Origin: Candidatus Thalassarchaeaceae archaeon
GTDB taxonomy: Archaea; Thermoplasmatota; Poseidoniia; Poseidoniales; Thalassarchaeaceae
DNA: 64,000 nt
NCBI GenBank assembly: GCA_029250605.1
Contig: JAQXEZ010000004.1
Coordinates: 35,378-99,377, forward strand
Direction: 5' to 3'
Part shown: positions 37,725 through 45,451 of the stretch, one piece after another
Numbering within the stretch: position 1 is the stretch's first letter
Layout of the letters: each line of letters starts with the position of its first letter
Notes under the pieces: model-generated
Database searches by the model: none
What the model was told of the DNA's origin: nothing
Seen by the model: the letters and a program-made list of their open reading frames with translations, nothing else
Position numbers and translations under genes: made by a program

Positions 37725-38744
37725 ATGGACAAGCAATTATTGGAGAAAAATGCGAGAGAATTGGTATCTCCGGGTCGAGGGATACTGGCTGCAGATGAGA
37801 GCAATGGAACCATGTCAAACCGTCTTGAGGCGGTTGGCATAAAACCCTCTCCCGAAGCCAGACGAGCTTATCGCGCCAATCTATTCTCTACAGAGGGATA
37901 TGAATCCGCAATAAGTGGAGTGATACTATTCGATGAAACAATCCGCCAATCTATGGACAATGGGAAACCCATAACCCAAGAACTCTCCGAAAGAGGAGTT
38001 CTTCCAGGGATTAAAGTTGATACGGGTGCAAAGGAACTTGCCAATCACGAAGGTGAGAAGATAACCGAGGGCCTTGATGGCCTTAGAGAAAGGTGCACAG
38101 AATATTTTGCTTTGGGAGCAAGATTCGCAAAATGGCGAGCAGTAATCAGAATTGGTGATGGGATTCCAAGCTCAGCATGCCTCTACACAAACGCCCATGC
38201 TTTAGCTAGATACTCTGCAATTTGTCAAGAGCAGGGACTAGTTCCAATAATCGAGCCAGAAGTTCTCATGGACGGTGACCATGATGCTACTGTGTGCTTC
38301 GATGTCACATCTTCGATTCTCGCCGCTACGTTCACAGAGTGCGAGGAACAGGGGGTTCACATTCCTGGGGCACTATTGAAGCCAAACATGATCATTGCTG
38401 GGAAGGATTGCGAAGACCAGGTTTCCAGAGAGGAAGTTGCTAGGATGACTGTCGAATGCCTAACAAAAAATGTTCCACATGCATTGCCAGGAATAGTTTT
38501 CCTTTCTGGGGGGCAGTCCGATGAAGACGCAACAGCACATCTCAATCTAATGAACAAAATGGGGGTCGAACATCCTTGGCAACTATCCTACTCATACGGC
38601 CGGGCCCTCCAAGCAGATGCTTTGAGGAAGTGGTCAGAGAACGCCGAAGACTCGGATATCTCCAGCTGCTCGGCGTTTTTACACAGAGCAAAAATGAACA
38701 GTCTAGCTAGAAGTGGCGATTGGAGTGAAGACCTAGAAGGTTGA
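37725..38744 (+). CDS. fba: Fructose-bisphosphate aldolase class I
   Basis: 339-aa ORF with ILAADESNGTMSNRL, the LLKPNM Schiff-base lysine region, VFLSGGQS and SYSYGRALQ. Confidence 0.9.
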   Translation: MDKQLLEKNARELVSPGRGILAADESNGTMSNRLEAVGIKPSPEARRAYRANLFSTEGYESAISGVILFDETIRQSMDNGKPITQELSERGVLPGIKVDTGAKELANHEGEKITEGLDGLRERCTEYFALGARFAKWRAVIRIGDGIPSSACLYTNAHALARYSAICQEQGLVPIIEPEVLMDGDHDATVCFDVTSSILAATFTECEEQGVHIPGALLKPNMIIAGKDCEDQVSREEVARMTVECLTKNVPHALPGIVFLSGGQSDEDATAHLNLMNKMGVEHPWQLSYSYGRALQADALRKWSENAEDSDISSCSAFLHRAKMNSLARSGDWSEDLEG

Positions 38745-38999
38745 TCAGGACTTTTCTTCCAATGCCCCGGGTCGAACCTGCCAGACACAGATTTCGTATC
38801 TCCCCGAAAGTGCTCCACCTCTTTTTGTGGTAGCCACCTTGAGGATATCCTTGTCTTTGGATAGTACATTTCCAAGCTGCTGTGGTGTTGTTCCATGCCT
38901 CATCGTTGAGTTCACATGCTCCAGAATTTCAGTGGTGTTCGCTTCCCCTCTTTCGTCCAGGAATTTTTTGATCTTTTGCCTTAGTCTTGTAGTCCTCAT
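38745..38999 (-). CDS. Small winged-helix DNA-binding protein (hypothetical)
   Basis: 84-aa basic ORF with a three-helix plus beta-wing pattern (RLRQKIKKFLDERG / TTEILEHVN / TPQQLGNVLSK / RYEICVWQV). It is transcribed divergently from the 876-aa gene out of the AT-rich spacer. Confidence 0.5.
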   Translation of the reverse strand: MRTTRLRQKIKKFLDERGEANTTEILEHVNSTMRHGTTPQQLGNVLSKDKDILKVATTKRGGALSGRYEICVWQVRPGALEEKS

Positions 39000-39164
39000 A
39001 ATTTCACTCTACTCTTTTCTGGACTCCACATTGTCCACTTTTTACAGGATGGCGGAGGGTAATATAATGCTTCTGTATGTATTTCCGCTCTTTGGTTACA
39101 AATAATGACATATTTATTCCAACTTTTTCTGAATAACTTTTGCGTATCCTTGGAGATGGGTAAA

Positions 39165-39177
39165 TTTCCACTGGAAA
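39165..39177. promoter_or_regulatory. Perfect 6-1-6 dyad TTTCCAcTGGAAA (ORB-like / operator-like site)
   Basis: Read directly from the sequence at 39165-39177 in the AT-rich spacer. The half-site TTTCCA(C) recurs in the orc1-adjacent spacer. Confidence 0.5.
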
Positions 39178-39252
39178 CATATAACTAAATGTAACAAAAA
39201 CAAATAATTTATTACTATCTTACAGATAGTCCCATTCCGTAGGTGTTTTTTG

Positions 39253-41880
39253 ATGTCAGATACTTCCTCTGTCGATCGGAAAAAAACTCCAAGAAAAATT
39301 AGAAGTAAACATCGAAGAAGGTTGCTCTCGATCCTCGCTCAGGGCGAGGCGACTGTATCCGAGCTTTCCCTCAAGTCTAATCTAAGGATGCCTCACGTTT
39401 CTGCTGAAGTAAAGAGGATGAGGGAAGATGGCTTAGCAACTAGCGATCTTCCCCCTGGTTCTAGGGGGGCTAGAATTAGATTAACCGAGAGTGGTTGGGG
39501 TATTCTGGAGGGTGACGAGTGGTCGAAAATTTTGGGATTACAAGATATACCTGTAGATAGGGATAGCTGCTGTGTTCTTACCAGGGATGAAGAAAATCTT
39601 ACTCTGTGTTTTCTGAGTACTCCAAGGGAAACAATGGTGCAGATTCCAAACCGCACCCAGCAACCTTCTCCAGATAACGAAATGTCCACCAGAAATCAAG
39701 GGGTGTCATGGAATTGGGCTGTTCTCTCTGAACACTCACCCAGGTGGTTTGATTTTAGAAAAATGGAGATCCTAGATTCACCGCCAGAATTAGCAGGGCC
39801 AGGAAGTATTGACGCCTATTCAGACAAAACCCCAATTATCGGAGTAGTTAGGGCTAAATTACTCGACGCAAACACCACCCCAATCATTTCCCCGGGAGTT
39901 TGGTTCACCCAACCCCATCAAATCCAACGTGCACCACTGGATGAGAGAACCTATCACAGAGGGGATTGGATTCTAGGTTCGCCACACAGAAAATCTCCCG
40001 ATATCAGGCCTTCACAGCCAGTTGCTGCCATAATTAAGGAGAGACTTCCAAGGTCAGTTCTTCTTAGATCAGCTAGGATAAATTCTCTCTTACTCGCAGA
40101 TTTGAGCGGTTTGGATTTGGAGGGGGGCGAGTATCCAATAGGGGCTCTGGATTATTGGATTGAGATTGCCCACCCAAGATTAACAGAAACAGAGAGGAAT
40201 AGGAGGTTGGTATCCCTAAGAGATCGAATTTCCACTTCCAGGAGAACTAAGGTTGAGGAATCAACACTTAGGAAATTCCGAAAGGAGTGGGGGGACAGAA
40301 ATTTCTCCAGCGACGAGTCAACAATCAGATCCATTGATTTGAGAGGACTTGGCAAGTCTGTAACAGAGTCCCTAATTAGATGGTCTATAGATAGGAATGA
40401 CAAACCACTGGTAGTTGAACTTCAGCATCAATTGCCTGATTCGATGTTGTCTAAAATAGCCTCAGATTCAAATCTAAGATTGGTTATAATGGAAAAGACT
40501 TCCAATCACTTTTCTTCTTTCGATATCCTGAAGATCGATCCAATTAGGACTCTGCCTTGGTTGAGTTACCAAACGAGCTCCGGAGCAACGATTCCAGTCA
40601 GAATGATAGAGCAGGGGAAATCAACAATAGATTATCCCGAAGAGGATGAGAGTAAAACAATCTCTCCTTGGGAAATATTGGGCATCTCCTCATTAAATGA
40701 AGAATTTCAACATGTAATCGAACCTTCTTCTGAATCCATAGTCAGGTCAGCATTATCCCAATTTCCCCATGGGGATGAAGAATGGGCAAACCAAATGGAG
40801 GCAAGATATCCTCTTGCAGCATGGATCGCATCCCCCAGAGAAACCAGATGGCAAAGATGGCAGCGCATCTCATCAAGATTAGAATCAGAGTGGATGGCAC
40901 TCTTAGATCTGGATTATCTGCCAATAGAGAGAATTTCCGAACTTGCAGACCAAGCCCCAGAATCAGTAAAGCAGGTTTTCTCAGAAAGTATCACATCAAA
41001 ACTTAGGGCCGATCCGGACAATCTTCTCAGATCCTGGCCAGCGATTGATCCAAACCATGCAAATAGTGGGGCAGCATGGCTTGCTTCCCACTTTATCCAG
41101 AACTCAGCTTGGCTCCCTAGGGAGGCTTATTCAGATATTCTTGGCTGGGCAGTCGAGGCTTGGCTTTCTCACCCTCCTCACGAATCTCTTGGGGCCCTCA
41201 CCGGACTAAAGTGGTTATATGGAGTCGAAAAAAAATCTCAAGAAGACCTCAACAGAGTTATGCTTAGAATCAGAGACGTTGGTTCAGAACTCCCTGAGGG
41301 GCATCATCTAAACACGTGGTCAAGGCTCTACGATTTATCTTCAGGAAAAAGAGAAAATAATCTAGATGATGTTGCTCTTTTCATCCGTGATCTCCCCAAT
41401 TCGTGGTGGGCCCCATTCTCCTCAGAATTCCTAATCATGATTTTGAATAGTCATGAAGTTGGAGGTTACCTAGAATTAGCAATCCCGTGGTGTTCAGCAG
41501 TTCTCCATCCAATAGGTGAGATTTCCGAGGCCCCCGGTCTCTCCTCGATTAGACATAAGGGGTGCGATGCGGAATTATTGTCACACCTGCAGTCATTTAT
41601 ACGAAAAAACCCAGAGGTCGATGATTCCACCTCTTTCAATCATCTTTGGGATTTACTCAATGCCATGGAATCTGCAATAGCCAAAAGAACACCTTTGGCC
41701 GGCCGAGCTCACAAATTCTCTGGATGGTTGGCTCAGCCCGAAGACAAATGGCCAGATTTCACAATGAAGATGATGATGGATGGGGATGTCAATATCTCAC
41801 AGAGACTAATCTTGGGAAAGTCCGGTTTCCATCCAGGACTAGCAGAAATAGAAGATTTATCGAAACCGTTGGGTTCTTGA
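39253..41880 (+). CDS. Large orphan protein with an N-terminal winged-helix (ArsR/MarR-like) domain
   Basis: Continuous 876-aa ORF. Residues ~20-70 (RRRLLSILAQGEATVSELSLKSNLRMPHVSAEVKRMREDGLA) look like a wHTH. No Walker motif, nuclease motif or other signature is visible in the remaining ~780 aa. Confidence 0.7.
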   Translation: MSDTSSVDRKKTPRKIRSKHRRRLLSILAQGEATVSELSLKSNLRMPHVSAEVKRMREDGLATSDLPPGSRGARIRLTESGWGILEGDEWSKILGLQDIPVDRDSCCVLTRDEENLTLCFLSTPRETMVQIPNRTQQPSPDNEMSTRNQGVSWNWAVLSEHSPRWFDFRKMEILDSPPELAGPGSIDAYSDKTPIIGVVRAKLLDANTTPIISPGVWFTQPHQIQRAPLDERTYHRGDWILGSPHRKSPDIRPSQPVAAIIKERLPRSVLLRSARINSLLLADLSGLDLEGGEYPIGALDYWIEIAHPRLTETERNRRLVSLRDRISTSRRTKVEESTLRKFRKEWGDRNFSSDESTIRSIDLRGLGKSVTESLIRWSIDRNDKPLVVELQHQLPDSMLSKIASDSNLRLVIMEKTSNHFSSFDILKIDPIRTLPWLSYQTSSGATIPVRMIEQGKSTIDYPEEDESKTISPWEILGISSLNEEFQHVIEPSSESIVRSALSQFPHGDEEWANQMEARYPLAAWIASPRETRWQRWQRISSRLESEWMALLDLDYLPIERISELADQAPESVKQVFSESITSKLRADPDNLLRSWPAIDPNHANSGAAWLASHFIQNSAWLPREAYSDILGWAVEAWLSHPPHESLGALTGLKWLYGVEKKSQEDLNRVMLRIRDVGSELPEGHHLNTWSRLYDLSSGKRENNLDDVALFIRDLPNSWWAPFSSEFLIMILNSHEVGGYLELAIPWCSAVLHPIGEISEAPGLSSIRHKGCDAELLSHLQSFIRKNPEVDDSTSFNHLWDLLNAMESAIAKRTPLAGRAHKFSGWLAQPEDKWPDFTMKMMMDGDVNISQRLILGKSGFHPGLAEIEDLSKPLGS

Positions 41881-41886
41881 GCGAAT

Positions 41887-42200
41887 CTACCTGCGGAGTA
41901 TTGCCCAACAGGCAACACCGTGTGGACAAAACCCCCACGCCGGAGGCAGAGGATGAAACACGGTACCACTGATTGGGTGACCATCCGTCGAAGACCATCG
42001 AGACTCTTCCGAGAGAATGATCGTTGGCGCAAATCGGGTGGCCGGATTGCGTTAGGTCCCCTGAGGACGGAATAGAATGAATCAAGGGACTACCCCGCAG
42101 TCCGACAGACGTCCCGGGGTGGGTCAGGCGCCTGAGCGAAGCAGTGAAGGTGGCCGTTACGCCCCGGGGCACACTAAACTAGAACGACCCCAATAGGTAG
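41887..42200 (+). ncRNA. Structured ncRNA of unsettled identity: RNase P RNA candidate (it may extend 5' to ~41783), alternatively SRP (7S) RNA
   Basis: A gap of ~320 nt that is GC-rich relative to its flanks and has no credible ORF. Pairings found by hand: 41891-41900 with 42091-42100 (9 of 10 positions), hairpins 41901-41915, 41918-41943 and 42028-42051, and a 7-bp GC helix 42113-42119/42162-42168. Motifs for both RNA families are listed in the findings. Confidence 0.55.
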
Positions 42201-42207
42201 GAAGACG

Positions 42208-43230
42208 ATGCACGGAATCGGACTAATTGGCGGAACCTTCGATAGATTTCATTCAGGGCACATGTCCCTCATCGAAACTGGTCTTTCTCATTGTGAGAAG
42301 ATTCAGGTATGGTTGACGAGCGATGAGATAGCTCAATCAAAGGATAACCGGATTAAGAAATGGGATGAAAGAAAATCCGATTTGGAAAGTGCCACGTCTG
42401 AACACTCTTCCAGGATTTCTATCCACTTACTTAGTGACGAATTCGGTCCAGCACTCGAAACTAGACATGCCACCGCTATAATTTGCTCTAATGAGACAAT
42501 GCCTAGTTGCCTAGAAATTAACTCACAGAGGGAGAAAAGTGAGCTTGAGCGATTGGATCTGATCCTGGCGGAAAGCGTTTTTTCCTGGAACGGAAATACA
42601 ATCTCGAGTTCCCAAATTAGGGCAGGTTTGATGGACAGGGAAGGAAAACCATGGATCCCTCGAAAAATAAGTGATTCTGACGCAAGGATTACTCCTCGAG
42701 TGGAATCAGAACTAAAGCAACCCTTTGGGAGACTAATTGAGGGTCCCGAAGAAGACACTTCAATTGCGATAAAAGAAGCCCTCTCCCATATCTCGGACAC
42801 CCCAGATTTCAATGGCCTGTTAATTGCAGTTGGAGATGTAACTGTTCTGGGCTTCCAGAGAGTAGGTAGAATTGCCGATCTGGCATTTATTGATGGCCAA
42901 ACAAAGCGTTCTCACTGGGCTAGTAGTAGTGAGATTAATCGAGATCTTTATGATAATATAATTGAGTGCACTAGTCCAGCAGGATCGTTGACAAAATCAC
43001 TTCTTGAGGCTTGCAGGGAATCAGTATCTTCATGGCTAGAAAATGGGGATAGTTCCCTCATTATTGTCACAGGTGAAGAGGATCTTGCACCGTTGCTTTT
43101 GCACCCTCTGGCTCCAATTGGATCTGCAGTAGTCTACGGCCAACCAGGCAAGGGCGTGGTAGTTAGGTGGTGCGATGAGGAATCCAAGGATAGGTGTAGA
43201 AATCTGTTATCTGATTTCGATGTCAATTAA
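42208..43230 (+). CDS. Bifunctional CoA biosynthesis protein: phosphopantetheine adenylyltransferase fused to an archaeal DUF359-type dephospho-CoA kinase
   Basis: The N-terminus has the cytidylyltransferase motif GGTFDRFHSGH. The C-terminal half has LKQPFGRLIEG, AVGDVT and AFIDGQTKR, as in the DUF359/COG1909 family. Confidence 0.75.
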   Translation: MHGIGLIGGTFDRFHSGHMSLIETGLSHCEKIQVWLTSDEIAQSKDNRIKKWDERKSDLESATSEHSSRISIHLLSDEFGPALETRHATAIICSNETMPSCLEINSQREKSELERLDLILAESVFSWNGNTISSSQIRAGLMDREGKPWIPRKISDSDARITPRVESELKQPFGRLIEGPEEDTSIAIKEALSHISDTPDFNGLLIAVGDVTVLGFQRVGRIADLAFIDGQTKRSHWASSSEINRDLYDNIIECTSPAGSLTKSLLEACRESVSSWLENGDSSLIIVTGEEDLAPLLLHPLAPIGSAVVYGQPGKGVVVRWCDEESKDRCRNLLSDFDVN

Positions 43231-43763
43231 TTATCTAACTTAGCATCCTGGACCCAATTCAGACCGACCCCGACCATCACAAAGGAAATCATAACTGAGT
43301 AAACTCCTGGATCAACCCATGTTGATTCCAAAGTGCTCCAAACGAAGTAATAAGCAGCTCCTGAAACAATCATCCAACTAGAGAAAGTTCTTCCAAGACC
43401 ATCCTTAGTGGAAAAAAGACTAGTAAAAACCCTATCCCGAGGTAATTCGGTGAACCAACCACGAAAACCATCTTCTCTGGCTGAACCCATTCCCATTACC
43501 CCAGCAGCAATGAGTAAAGAACTCAGTATAACGAATAGAATATCATCCGGAAACGACAATGTAATCTCATGTACTGAATTGGTCTCATCACCATTGGTTA
43601 GAAAATCAATCCAATTCACCCTTCTACCACTTGAATAGGCACCAAATGCAATATTTACTATCGTAAGAAAAGCCATCCAAACTCCAACAACAAATGATCC
43701 GGCTGATAGGGTGCTACTAGGTCTCATCAGAGATCCCATCCATTCTCGGTCAGCCTCTGACAT
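43227..43763 (-). CDS. Hypothetical integral membrane protein
   Basis: 178-aa ORF with about five hydrophobic helices. No family was recognised. Confidence 0.5.
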   Translation of the reverse strand: MSEADREWMGSLMRPSSTLSAGSFVVGVWMAFLTIVNIAFGAYSSGRRVNWIDFLTNGDETNSVHEITLSFPDDILFVILSSLLIAAGVMGMGSAREDGFRGWFTELPRDRVFTSLFSTKDGLGRTFSSWMIVSGAAYYFVWSTLESTWVDPGVYSVMISFVMVGVGLNWVQDAKLDN

Positions 43764-43810
43764 CGAGCCGCCGTCCTGAAGCCTCGGTTTAATCGTTGCC
43801 GGGACAAAAT

Positions 43811-45049
43811 CTAGAGATGGCCCTGAAGATTGTACTTGGCCATCGACGCCTCATTTACCATTGGTTCACTCTCACTCATCAGACTAATCGCATCAATTGC
43901 TTTTGGGATCGCTGAGTTAACCTGCTTGCTCCTGCCCCCCCTCCCCTTGCTAACATTCCTAGCCATAATCAGCCCCATTGTGTCAAGTTCGTTAAGTAAT
44001 GAAGAAACCCTTCTTGTGGTCAGTGGTTCGGTCCCAATCTTAGAGCAGGCTTCAGAATATGTCCTGTACACCTCGCCTGTGGAAATGTTCCTCAACCCGT
44101 TTTCTTCATTTAGACAAATCGAGAAAAGAACTAATTTTTGATGAAGGGGGAGCGTCTTGATTACCGGCGTAACCTGATCATATTCTAACTGGCTTTGAGC
44201 CAATCTAACATGCTTGGTGTCCACATTACCTTGTGCCCTTTGCTCTGCCTTTTGGACAGAGATTCTTAGAAGATCCAAAGCCCTCCTTGCATCTCCATGT
44301 TCTTGGGCGGCTAGAGCAGAACAAAGCCGAATCACCCCATCATCGAGAACCCCTTCTTTGATTCCCATCGATGCCCTCTCACTCAAAATGTTCTGAATTT
44401 CAGTTGCCACATATGGGTGGAAGACAATATCCTCCTGACTCAGCCTCGAGCTCACACGTGGATCTAAGTGCTGAGTAAAGTGCAGATCGTTACTGATGCC
44501 GATAATGGAGCATCTCCCATTCTCTATCAGTGTGTTCAGGCTAGTAAGTGCATAAAGAAGATCATCCCCGCCTTTATCGACTAGATTGTCAACTTCATCA
44601 AGCACGATAATGTGCACCCCTCCGACCCTGCTCATCCTTGAAACGACTGTCTCCAGGACACGGTCCGTAGGCCATCCAGTGAATGGTACCGGAGCATCTC
44701 CTCTCTGTGCTAATTGAGTTGCAATAGTTTGAACAACTCTATATTTTGTGTCAACATTCCTGCAATTGATTTCGTAGGTCTTTACGGTCTGACCCATCTC
44801 CAGTCCCTTTTCCCTTAGTTGACTTAGGACGAATCTTGTTACCACGGTTTTACCCGACCCAGGAACTCCATAGAGGAGCATATTGGATGGTATATGGCCA
44901 TTTAATGCGTCAACAAGATTTCGAACTAGAGAATCCACTTCATGTTCCCTATGGGGGAGACGAGCTGGTTCGAATGCGTGGTCAAAGGCCTTTCTGTCGA
45001 CAAACAGACTATCCTGCCCAAGAATCTCTTCGAAAATATTTCCTCTCAT
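43811..45049 (-). CDS. cdc6: Orc1/Cdc6 replication initiator
   Basis: 412-aa ORF with the AAA+ Walker A motif YGVPGSGKT, Walker B IIVLDEVD, the sensor GISND, the conserved LPHRE N-terminal motif and a C-terminal winged helix. Confidence 0.95.
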   Translation of the reverse strand: MRGNIFEEILGQDSLFVDRKAFDHAFEPARLPHREHEVDSLVRNLVDALNGHIPSNMLLYGVPGSGKTVVTRFVLSQLREKGLEMGQTVKTYEINCRNVDTKYRVVQTIATQLAQRGDAPVPFTGWPTDRVLETVVSRMSRVGGVHIIVLDEVDNLVDKGGDDLLYALTSLNTLIENGRCSIIGISNDLHFTQHLDPRVSSRLSQEDIVFHPYVATEIQNILSERASMGIKEGVLDDGVIRLCSALAAQEHGDARRALDLLRISVQKAEQRAQGNVDTKHVRLAQSQLEYDQVTPVIKTLPLHQKLVLFSICLNEENGLRNISTGEVYRTYSEACSKIGTEPLTTRRVSSLLNELDTMGLIMARNVSKGRGGRSKQVNSAIPKAIDAISLMSESEPMVNEASMAKYNLQGHL

Positions 45050-45451
45050 TTTTTTTCACTTCGGTAAATCCATAACGAAATGGCATTCTACCCCCCCATT
45101 GGGTTGATTGCTTCTCGTGAGGTTTCCACAGCGACTATGTTTGTGGTAATAAGAGTGACTCGCTTCGTCAAATAATAATCATGTTTTGATTACAATATTA
45201 TACACTTCTCTCCTTAGTCATCTTATACCTCAGCTATGTAATGAAATATAATTCAGTATCGTCTTTTTCTTAAATTATTACTGGTGCATTTTCCACATCG
45301 ATAGAAGAGAAATTTTGTTTTCCAGCAAGTAAACAAGGGATTCCAAATTAAACCCTCCAAGCAAAGCATTAGGATCTGAAATATTTTTTCCAAAATCAGA
45401 TATGGCCTATCTAATATCAATTCAGATATATATAATGGAAAACTTATTCTC
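45050..45451. other. Candidate replication origin (oriC): AT-rich unwinding region with repeated ORB-like half-sites
   Basis: A 402-nt non-coding spacer directly upstream of orc1/cdc6. TTTCCACA occurs at 45123-45130 and 45290-45297 and flanks a very AT-rich block (~45170-45285). There are further TTCCA sites at 45320, 45341 and 45388 and an inverted TGGAAA at 45436. Confidence 0.5.

Noticed and set aside
41733-42172. Minus-strand ORFs of 99 and 127 aa, and a plus-strand 108-aa ORF, across the GC-rich gap
   Set aside because: They overlap a region with dense RNA-like helices. Their translations are Arg/Gly/Ser/Pro-rich and look non-protein-like. The region is better explained as a structured RNA.
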